DNA from: Camelus ferus
Taxonomy: Eukaryota
DNA: 64,000 nt
NCBI RefSeq assembly: GCF_009834535.1
Contig: NC_045696.1
Coordinates: 11,224,001-11,288,000 of the forward strand
Direction: 5' to 3'
The notes beneath the pieces are model-generated. The model saw only the letters and a list, made by a program, of their open reading frames with translations. It did no database searches and was not told the DNA's origin. Shown piece by piece: positions 53,587 through 64,000 of this stretch. The position numbers and the translations under genes are program-made. The first letter of the stretch is position 1; the number at the start of each line of letters is the position of its first letter.

Positions 53587-53916
53587 GCATATAGTAATTA
53601 TGGTTTACCTCTGAGAAGTTTTTTTGGGGAAAAAAATTCCCAACACAATAAACATGAAAACAGGGTTTATGGCTTATGATTAATCCTGTTTCCAGTGAAG
53701 AAATTCACTCAAAGTGGACATCAGTAAGCCTACAAAATATGTTTACTGTTCTCCTCAAAGGAATAAACTGAGTTTACCATACATTGTGAGTTAATGATAA
53801 GATAAACTGGGAAGGTTCCAGTCCTTTAAGGTGTTAAATCTCCTTACCTCGGGTATAAACACATGCTTGTTCTTTAAGCAGTTTCCTGATGGAATCATCT
53901 TGAAAGTTTAAAAAGT

Positions 53917-54268
53917 ATGTCTTAGCTCGGGTGGTTATAACAAAATACCAGAGGCCGAGTGGCTTGTAAACAACAGACATTCATCTCTCACCGCTCCTGG
54001 GGCGGGAAGTCCACGGTCAGGGTGGCCCCAGGACCGGGTTCTGGTGAGGCTCCTCTTCCAGGCTGCAGGCGGCTGTTTTCTGGTCGTTTCCTCATGTGGT
54101 AGAGAGAGGGTGAGAGAGCTCTCTGAGGTCTCTGTTATAAGGGCACTAATCTCACTTTTCAGGGCTCCACCCTTGTGATCAAACAGACCTCACCTCCTAA
54201 CACCATCACACTGGGAGTCAAGATATCAATGTGAATTTTGAGGGGGACACAAACATTCAGTTCATTGA
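53917..54268 (-). mobile_element. MaLR LTR (MLT1A/B-like)
   Basis: tgtcttagctcgggtggttataacaaaatacc...ggggacacaaacattcagttcat. Confidence 0.75.
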
Positions 54269-54444
54269 AAGGCAGTCAAGAAATGTACTTTTATTGTAGA
54301 AAACTTAGAAAATATCAGTAACTGAAATGACAATAAAACCATCAGTAATCTAAACACTATTAATATTTCAGTATATATCCCTCGACACTATTTCCTATGC
54401 ATTTTATTTATACATATAATTATGAAAATGATAGCTATAATTAT

Positions 54445-54613
54445 TATTTTTAAAATATTTTATTTATTTATATTTATTTATTATTTTATATATATCTTTT
54501 GGCAGGGGAATAGGTAACTAGGTTTATTTATTTTTAATGGAGGTACCGGGGAGTGAACCCAGGACCTCGTGCCTGCTAAGCATGTGCTCTATCACTTGAG
54601 CTGTACCCTCCCC
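54445..54613 (-). mobile_element. tRNA-derived SINE (Vic-1-like), long-tail form
   Basis: Reverse complement of the shared SINE consensus with an AT-rich tail. Confidence 0.85.
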
Positions 54614-55696
54614 TGCCTATAATAATAATAATTATTATTATTATTATATTGTGAAGTTTTCCATGTTAATAGATATACTTTTACAACCTTGTTTTAATGA
54701 CTGTATTAGAGTTCACAGTATTGAATAGTTCATTTAACCAAACTCCTGACATTAGGTATGAGGTTGCTTCCAGACTTTTTGTATTATAAACAACGTGGGC
54801 CCTAACATCTTCTAGTGGAATCTTTGTGCACATGTAGTGGATGAATCTGGAGTGCATGACACAGTGGTCGGTCTGAGATCTGAGCTCTGTTAGCTCTGGG
54901 CTCTGTTTATGATTCACTTGTGGAATAAACACACAACAAGAACAAAAGAGGGGACATGGGTTCTGGTTCCCACCCAGACACATCACCTTGATCGTGTCAC
55001 CTAACCTCTCCAGGTCGTAGTTTTCTTACGTGTAACATTATAAAAATTAGAGATAATGAATGAACCTGCCCCTTGAACTGGACTCCTGTGAGGATCAGAC
55101 AGGGTCAAGGAGTGAAGAATCACTGAAAGTTATAAAGCAGTTTACTTTATAGTGATTTATTCTCTTCTTTTCAAAATGCTATTTTAAAATTTTAAGTCAA
55201 CTAAAACTGTTTCCAATTTTTGACATCCTCCAGGAAAACTGATTTTTATGAGACAACTGATTTTTATGATTTTTATGACTTTTATGAGCCAATTTGGAAG
55301 TTGTGGTTTGTGAATGGGCACTTCCTGGGGGAAGCGGCTAGGAGTGTTTCAGGCTGATCAGACAGGCTGGTCACCTCCAGGGTTACCGCAAACCAAAGGC
55401 AGAGGGAGCAGGGCTTGCAGAGGCGGATCCCTCGCTGTGTGATCCTGAGGGGGCGGGGAGTTCGCTCCTCTGCCCCCCTCACCCTCCCTCCTGCTCCCAT
55501 CAGTCAGGGGGCTGCTCTGAAGCTGGAGAGTGATTCGGGCCTGATCCTGTCCAGCCCGACAGAGACAGAGCCCAGCCTGCTGTCAGAGATAACAACGGCT
55601 GCTAGAAGGGAAGTCTGGGGAAAATATTTTTAAAAAGAATCCTGGGAATTCCAGCTCCAGTTGGGTGAGAGCCCCCAGGGGGCAAGTAGGGTGCAT

Positions 55697-57078
55697 GAAT
55701 GGAAATTTGCAGCCTGAATTAACCCCAAAGGGACAAGCCTACAGCTGGAAACTGCATGCCTCCCACGTACCTGTCACTCATCCGTAAGATGGAAAGGCAA
55801 AGGGGGCAATTCTATTCACCAAATATGAAGGGGTTTAGAGGCTTCCTTCCCTCTGACCCTTGTCCTCAGGGTGCCCAGCCCTGCCGTTGGGGCACCATTC
55901 ACAGGGTGTCCTGTGAGATACTATAGTCCCCTCGTGCTGGGGAGGCCCCAGGGGCCGCTTTGCCTCTCTCCTCCTCCCGTCTTGGGAGGTGCAGGCTCGT
56001 GGGAGATAACTCCTTGTGTACTCACCGAATGAATGAGTGAGGAGTGGAGGACGTGGCGAAGGGAGGCTGAGGACCTCCCACCCACCTATGGGAGGTCTTG
56101 GCACCACCTGCCTGCCAATGATGCAGCCTGTAGGTAACTGCACAGTAATTCGCAGGTCCCTAAAGAAAATAACTTATTCCCATCCTCATGGGAAGAGGTC
56201 TCGGGTTAGAAGGGGAGGACAACTTAAGTAAAGGAGAAAGTGAAGGCTATTTTTGGCTCTATGCTGGGGCCGACGGACAGGAGTCCCCACATTTTACTAG
56301 AGCAGTGATGGACAAGTGGTAGGTTTTTAAAAGACCTTCCTTTAGTTTGCTGTAAATCTCTCTGTTGCAAGTATTTGAAGTTCTCCTGGCTGTTTTAAGT
56401 ATGATCTATAAAGCGGACCAATTAAACACACCAGCACATTTCCTCAATTCTTTTAAACTCTACTGACGACAATATGGAAGAAGGGAAGCCCTATTAGTAA
56501 AACGGATTTTTATTTTATTTGCTATTTATAAAGAAAGGCCTAAAGTACAGATAAACATAAGAGGCAGCATTCTATGATAGACCATAAATGGCGAAAACCT
56601 GAATGCTTCCATGTCATTAATTCCTTGTCCACATAGAAACAGTCTCCCGCCTTCAGGAAATAGAGTCTGGAGAAAGACATTTGTTTGGAGTAAATAGCTA
56701 ACTTTTGGGGTTGCCTTCAGATCTCCAGTTTCTATTTTTGTTTGATGACTTCATTTTTTCAATTGCTGTCAAATGATAAAAGTAGAGACAGATGGTATAT
56801 GGGTTTATTCTCTTAAATGTTATGTTCAAGAGATGTGCAGAAGCTCCATTTGGGGGCTGAGAGGTTCAAGGTTATGTCTCTGTTTCAAGCTTCCCAGACC
56901 CCGGCATGAGGTGCTTAAGGAGAATCATTTCTTAAAAGAAGTGATAGTGATGTAAGGATTGGGGGTTAGACAACTTGAAGAGAGGGGTGTGGGAGGAAGG
57001 GGGGGTGGTTAGAAAGAGAGAACAGGAATGGAAACTTGTAGCCTGAATTAAGCCCAAAGAGATAATCCTACAGCTGGA
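55697..57078 (+). repeat. Two copies of a 53-bp dispersed direct repeat (55697-55749 and 57026-57078)
   Basis: 47 of 53 positions are identical without gaps by manual alignment. Confidence 0.9.
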
Positions 57079-59791
57079 TGACAGCTGGAGAGACTGAGAC
57101 CCTAGGAGTGGAACTGGTATATCTCAGAGCCACAAAAATGATCCCGGAACATTGTTTCCACAAGGCTGTTTTCAAGCAGGTGAGAGAAAGACTCACTGAT
57201 ACTTTGCTGCCTCTTCAGAGACAGCCTTGGAGGAAATTTGCTGAAAACTTCGCCTTCCCCTTCTTCGCCACCCCCAGGACTCACAATTCTATGGGTTTTC
57301 TCCACTGAGAAAGAGGGAGGCAGGCTGTCCAAGGGTTGTAACTGGAGCAGCCGCGCCAAGGACTCTGGGTGGTTAGAGAGAAATTAGATTTCACATCCGT
57401 CCCATCAATCTACGGGCAGGGAGGCTACTTCCGGAAGCTCTGAGGGTTCCTCTGGGGCTCAGCCAGGGGAGCGAGTACTGGAGAGGCAAGGCAGGTGGCT
57501 GCCCGGGCCTTGGGGAGTGGCCTGCATGTGAGCTCTGTGGGGAGCTCCCAGGAGTCCCCAGGGGATGGGGGAGACTGGGGTCCTGCAGCAGGTGGGCAGG
57601 GCTTCGGGCTCAGGGTCCCCACAGTCTAGATGCTCAGAGCAGGGGGACCTGTTCAGAATCCTAGCCGGTCAATGTGGGAGATGGTCAACATGCTGGTCAC
57701 ACACGTGTCTCTACGAAGATAACTGGCCACCTTCGGGGGTCTGCTACGGGAGAGGGAGGCTTGGCTGGTACAGAACACCAACTGCGTTGTTAAAAAGATT
57801 TTTTTTTAACCAGTGTGCATTTTATAATTAGAAAAAAAAATCCAGTATAGATTTTCATTTGGGGGAAAAAAAATTGGGGCAGGAATCAAGGCTCATTTAG
57901 GTTCAGTGTGGGGGGCTGGCTGGTGGGCTCCATGCTGTCGGTTGGCTCACAGGCTGGGCCTAATGCCAGGGAAAGAGTGTCAAGTCTGAAGTGAGTGGAT
58001 GGGGCTTTTGTTTCTGCCCTGCTCCCTTCTGTCAGGAAGCAGCCATTTTCTGAGCCTCAGTGTTCATCCCTGTGAAATGGGGTGGATGAAAGGCTTAAAT
58101 GACACCTCACAGAATGGTTGAGGGGCTTGCCTGAAAATGCCCCATAAATATTTAAGTTCTCACCAGCCAGTTGGTGTGTTTTTCCCCCCACCTTCGCCTC
58201 TAAATGTCCACAAGACATTCTTTTTCTTCTCTAAACAGTCAGTTATGGCTGATGTGTGAGAGAAACACAAACGTGGTCAATGAGCGCCTGCTCAGCATTT
58301 TTATTGCGTATACGGTGTGTCTTTCCTCATGTGCAGCCCGGTTTCCAGGTGCGGGAGATGAGGTGATGGAGCAGGGGACCTGCAGGGCTCTGTACGCTGC
58401 CTCTCTCCTCAGGCCTGTGAAATGCCAGAGAACTGCTCCCCCAGCGCTCTGTGAGGCTGCGGTAAGAGGCCAGGGTCCCCCCAGTCCAAACTTCAGGCTT
58501 CCGTGTTGAAATACAAGATGGCGAGGCCCTACCAACCCTCACTCTGTCTGCCAGCAAACCCCGGAGTCCTGCTCAGCCTGGGAAGTTTAATGACAACGAG
58601 GCAAGTGATCTCAGATTTATTTTGGGGGCTTTCCAAAGCCAGAGGGAAAAAGTAATTTTATTTTTATAAAGAAGAAAAAAACTACCCAGAAACCCTTTGC
58701 CAGCCAAGGCCTTTCTTCATCTTTTTTTTTTTTCCCCTAGCTCCTTGAGTCCTATAGCTTCCTAAAGCAAGTTTACTGTCTTGAACAAAGAGTGGTTTAT
58801 ATCCTTTTGCTACAAGACAAATGGGAGAGGGGGAGGAAGTAAGTAGGAGAGACTCAGGGCTCAGACCTTTCTTTCTGGAGGAGATGAAGTTCTGCTGGGG
58901 AGGTAGCTGCCGCCATCCATAGGTTAAAAAAACATCACACATATGGGAAGAGTTAAAGAGGACTTGTGAAGTCAATGGGGCCAAAACTGTCTTCTTGTTA
59001 CTGAGTGAACCAAAGAGCTCCCCTGAGAGCCTGGGGTGCAATCTCTGACCCCATTAGGTCTGAATGAAGAAGAAGAGTAAAAAGATGAATGAATTTCTGA
59101 CACTGATTTTATTTCCCTTTGGCTCCAATTGTTTGAACTTGTTATGTATTTGTCTGTGTTCTGGTTGATAAGTGGAACCTAAGTCCATGTGTTCAATTCG
59201 ACTTAACAAGCTTTTATTGAGCACCTACGATACGATATGCCTGACCCCTAGCTGAGTACTGTCGGGGGACAGAAGAGATGGCAAGGTCAATGACACTCAA
59301 GGACAATGTGGAGAATGGGAGGAGCATGAATCTGAATCCTAGTTCCAGCATCTGCAACCGTGGCTTTGAATCTCAGTTCCCCTGTCTGTAAGATGGGGAG
59401 AAATCAGCTAGGGGAGATATTAAACTGCACGAGGTAACACATGTGAATGTCAGAGTTAGAGTTCTTTGAGTTGCAAGGAACAAAATTAACTTAAGACAAA
59501 TTTAACCAAGAAAGGGAGCTGTGTGTTAGAAGGGAGTTGGGGTCTCTCCTGGAATTCACTGAAAAGTTAAGCACGGGGGCCACAGGGAGGGCTGGGAGCG
59601 GGGCTGTTCTGGGTCTCAGCATGGGGAATGTCCTCCCCACAAAGTCTCTTCTGCTCCAGTGCTGCCCCCTGCCCCGTGCCTCTCTTAGCTCTGCCCCTTG
59701 TCATGAGGAGTCTGCGTGAATTAGCTGAATCAGCTCTGCCTGAGGAGCAGGGCCCCAGTGTAGAAGCTCGGGGAGGATGGGAATGGATGCC

Positions 59792-60160
59792 TGTATCTGT
59801 TGATGAGGTCCGCCATAACGTGCCACAGACTGGGGGCTTAAACAGCAGGCATTTATTTCTTCCCAGTTCTGGACTCTGGAAATCTGAGATCAAGGCGCCG
59901 ACGGGCGTGGTTTCTTCTGCGGCCTGTCTCCTTGGCCTGCATAAGGTCCTCATCTGGTCTTCGCTCTGTGTGGGTCCGTGTCCTCATCTCCTCTTCTCTT
60001 GAGGACACCAGTCCTATTGGTTTAGGGCCCATCCTAATGGACTTATTTTAACTTAATCACCTCTTTGAAGATCCTTTATCCAAATATGGTCATATTTTGA
60101 GGTGCTGGGGTTCAGAACTTCAAGTATGAACTTTTTGTGGTACACAGTTCAGCCCATAAA
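59792..60160 (-). mobile_element. MaLR LTR (MLT1C-like)
   Basis: gccataac..ccacagactgggggcttaaacagcagg...ttaacttaatcacctctttgaag...cagttcagcccataa. Confidence 0.75.
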
Positions 60161-62454
60161 ATTACCCTCCAACAAAGAGGGTTGTTGGGGGCTGGGAAGA
60201 CATGCCCACAGTGTCTGCTCTAGTAACAACCCGAGATCAGGGCTGGGAACATAGGAGATGCTTTTCAAATGTGGGTCCTCTCCCCTTCTCCCTGCAAAAC
60301 ACCATGCCTCTGTCATCCAGGGACTTACCCTTCTCCAGGGGAGATGGTGCCCAGGGCCGTGAAACAAATCTCCAGCCCTGGGAAGGACGGGGACTTGGGA
60401 CTCAGGAGTTTCGGGTTCTGGTCTGGGTTGTGCCTCTGCTCACCAAGTGGGTAAGAGATGCTGCCTTTCAAGTCTGTTTCTCATGTGTAAAATGGGGAGG
60501 GTGGATAGAGGTGAGTGGGCTCAATAACCCAAGGAGTCAATGACTCCAAATCTGGCATTGGCTAAAGGCAGAACGCCAAAGGGAAGGGCAAGTAATTGGT
60601 GTTGGCTCGAGTCACTGGGAAAGGTTTTGTGCTTGCTTAGAATGGAGTGTTTCCCATAGTTTTTGCTTGGGCTGCAGCCAATCATCCTCCAAGACTGACT
60701 TTTTTTTTAGTCAAAAGCAACTCATCTCTTTTTCTTCTGGCCAAGGGGGAAAAAAAAAACCTCCCCAAACAAACAAAAAAACCCCAAACAAAGAACCTTC
60801 TGCCCTTTGGAATCCGAGTAGCACATGTTTTGGGGGGAACCTCAGAGAAAGATGCTTTCTGCTCGTTTCTCTCAGTCAACTCCCTGTCTGCCTGGCTCCA
60901 GCTGTGGCCAAAGCTGCTGGCATCTCTGCACAGCCCAATATGTGCCCTGGAAATTCTGAAGGCTGGTCACAGAAAAGGCTCTGGAAAGGGTCAGCCAGGA
61001 CCCTGGTGACAAAGTGAAGGAGTTAGGACAAAGGTCATACAAACAGAAGGAAGATTTTCTCAACGCCGTGTTCTGGAGTGTTCCCACAAGGAGCCTGCCC
61101 TTGACTGACTGCTTGCTTGAATGACTAGGGGATTTTACTTTATGCAGACACCCTGGTTGGGTTTTGGGAGCTCCTACCTCACCCTCTCCTTCTTGCCTGA
61201 ATCCTGCAGTAACTGATGATCAGAAAAAAGGGGCAGGAGGATGAGCCACAGGGGCATAGTCACACTCCCAACAGAAGCACACGGAGTCAGACACAGGCCT
61301 GCAGAAATGACAGTAAGAAGGAACAGACCAAGTGCTGTGTGATGAGCCAGGGAGGGAGCCGGGGACTGAGTGATGCTGCCTGGTGACTCTTTCCAACAAA
61401 TGGTAGAAGAGTCACTGAGGGTCTTTCCAGAGAAACCCTGAGTGTTATGCCAATAAACATTCTCCAACAGGAAAGGAAATAGAAGAATAAGGAAGAATAG
61501 CTTCTCCTTCACACTGCTCTCTCCCCAAGACACTCAGGGGTGAGAAGTCTGATCTGACAGAGAGGGGGTCCACACTGCAGGACACCAGCAGCTTCAACAC
61601 TGAAGATCAGCCGGGAGCCCTCCTTGTCTTTGGAAGGCCTTTGGCTTGACGGCCACCAGGAATTCCTCCCCGGGCTCCTCTGCCCCAAGCTGTGGCCCCG
61701 TCTTGTGTTGCAGGATCTTCTGCACCTAGAAGGGACTTCTCCTGCACAATTCCCCTGGTCTAGCTGTTCACCCCTCCTCTGGACGTCCGAGGACCACTGA
61801 GTGCCTCTGCTGCCATCCACTTCGCATTTCTCCGTTTAGCATCTCAGAAGAGCCCACAGGAACTTGGCCGTTTCTCTCTCCTTTGTCTGTGTAGGTGGAA
61901 GGGAACAATTTAGGTATTTCCTTTCCCATTGTGATGAAAGATGCCACCTCCCGTTAGAAGGCAGAAGTGACTACAATCAGTTTGGGTGTTTGGTCGAATT
62001 CATCTACAGTAGTACTCCGCCACAATGTGCTAAGTGGTTCTCTAAGCATGTCGCAGGGTAACGAAATCAGTGGAACGAGCCTTCACTGTGAGGTCAACGA
62101 TCGGTTAACCAGCTAAGATTTTACTCTTTAAGAACGGTGTGAATTACGGAGCTAATGTGATTCTTTTTCTGAATGGAATCCAGATTTCAACTCGATTTAT
62201 TCAATAGCGGAGTTCCTTCGCCACTAATTTCAATTGCCGACTAAATTATTTACTGGGTATGTATGTCGATCTGGTTTTGGACTCTGCTTTATGTCAGTTG
62301 ATCTATTTGTCTGTTGCTGTGCCCATAGCACACTTGGAAAGTTATGATAACCTTATGGTATGTTTAGCCATTTCCTAGAGCAAATCCTTCCATGGTTGAG
62401 CCTTTTCCAAAATTTCTTGGCTTCATGTGTAGATTTTTATCTTCCGTTGATTTA

Positions 62455-63760
62455 AAAAAAATCAGCTTTATTGAGGTATAATTTACATATAATAACATTA
62501 GTGGAAAATAGTGTACAATTTAATGAGTTTTGACAAATGAATACAGTCATGTGACCACCATGCCATGATGATACAGAACATTTCCATCACCCTAAAAAAT
62601 CCCTTTGTTCCCTTTGGCAGTCAATCTTCTTCTCACCCCTGACCCCTGGCAGCCGTTCTTTTCTCTTTTGTCACACAGGTTTCTCTTTTCTAGAGTTTTA
62701 TATGCAGGGAAGCAGACAATTCGTAGTCTTCAGTGTCTGACTTTTTTCACTTAGCGTGATGCTTTTTGAGATCATCCACGTTGTTCTGGGAATCAGGAGT
62801 GTGTTCCTTTTTATTGCTGGTGGTGGTCCCCCTGCAGGGATATCCTGCAATTTGTTTGTCCAATCACCTGGTGATGGGCATTTGGGTTGTTTCCAATTTT
62901 TTGACTACTATGAATAAAACTTCAAAAGAACATTTGCTTACAAATCTTTGAGTGGACACATGCTGACATTTCTTGTGGGTAAATACTTAAGAGTGGGATG
63001 GCTGGGTCATTCATATGGTAAGTTTATATTTACTTTTATAAGAAAAGTTTAGGTGTTCTGGTTTCTCTGCACCTTCATCAACACTTGCTATTGTCAGCTT
63101 TTCAGTTTAGCTATTTGGAAGAGCCCGCGGCAACTTCGCCATTTAGATGCAGTGGTACCTCATGGGCAATTTAATTTGCATTTGCCTAGGGACTAATGGT
63201 GAACACCTGTTCATATGCTTGTTTGTCACCTATTTACTTTTTAGTGAAGTGTGTCTGTTTAAGCTTTTTGATTTTTTTTAAATAAGGTTGTTTGTTTTCT
63301 TACTGCTGAGTTTTGGGAGTTCTTGATACATTCTAGATACAAGTCCGTTTTGTCAGATATGTGATTTTCGAATAGGTAGCTTATCTTTTTATTCTCTTCA
63401 CAGTGTTTTCACAGAGAAAAGGTTTTTAATTGTGATGAAGTCCAATTAAACAATCTTATCTTCCTTAATGTCCCATCTGTCCTTTGCCTCTCCCAGAGCA
63501 TAAAGATTTTCTGTTTTCTTCTGAAAAGATTAAGCATTTATGTTTTTTACTTAGGTTTATGATCTATTTGAGTATTTTGTGTAGAAGGTGTGGAGTTTAT
63601 GCTGTATTTCTTTTCTTTTCCCCTATGGATGTCCCATTGCTTCAGCACCATTTGTTGAAAAGGTCATCCTTCTTCCATTGGATCATTTCTACACCTTTGA
63701 GAAGCATCCATTGGTCATATTTGTGTGGGTCTGTTTCTAGGTTTGCTGTTTTGTTCCACC
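62455..63760 (-). mobile_element. Old L1 (L1MA/L1MB-like) 3' end and ORF2 remnant
   Basis: cagctttattgaggtataatttacat...cagcaccatttgttgaaaag are typical antisense L1M motifs. Confidence 0.8.
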
Positions 63761-64000
63761 AAAACCCTACTGTCCTGGGGAGATGGAAGAACAAACGAGA
63801 GAGCTCACTCATTTGTTAGGACCCAGCTCACACCTTTATTGGAAGAATTCTTTTAAAGTATTTCCAGGTAGAACTCTTTCCTCACCTTGAATCTTTGCTG
63901 TCCATCCCACCTATCACTTGAGGGCAGGGATGGTGACATTCCTTTCTGTAAGCCCAGCACAGGGCCTGTCACAGAGTGGGTGATCAATAATACTTGCTGA

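Noticed and set aside
55237..55288. Short repeated units (aactgatttttatga and gatttttat) as a possible repeat-spacer array
   Set aside because: Simple slippage duplication without unique spacers in a eukaryotic context; no CRISPR-like array is seen anywhere in the window.
42000..64000. Additional protein-coding gene downstream of MIS18A
   Set aside because: None of the short ORFs resembles a protein I recognise, many overlap repeats, and I could not build a consistent exon chain.

Overview
Mammalian genomic DNA, most likely camelid: eight copies of a tRNA-derived SINE resemble the camelid Vic-1 family. The window holds the divergently transcribed MRAP and MIS18A pair. MRAP is on the minus strand, with two coding exons at 13180-13285 and 780-879; its terminal coding exon lies beyond the left edge. 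MIS18A is on the plus strand, with five coding exons from 30300 to 40951 and a CpG-island promoter carrying NRF1, E2F and GC-box motifs. Between the two genes is a near full-length, disabled VDAC2 processed pseudogene with target-site duplications (TSDs). The rest is intronic or intergenic DNA rich in L1, MIR/L2, MaLR/ERV LTR and DNA-transposon remnants. The most notable anomaly is a +1 frameshift in MIS18A exon 1. A sequence error is the most likely cause, although a cryptic 64-nt GT-AG intron would restore the frame exactly. Other items worth checking are a TSD-bounded L1 carrying about 220 bp of non-L1 sequence, a 53-bp dispersed repeat, two orphan CpG-rich patches and an L18M change in the MRAP activation motif. 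I found no convincing new biological system. Gene identities and repeat family names come from recalled sequences and need BLAST or RepeatMasker confirmation. Repeat boundaries without TSDs are approximate.
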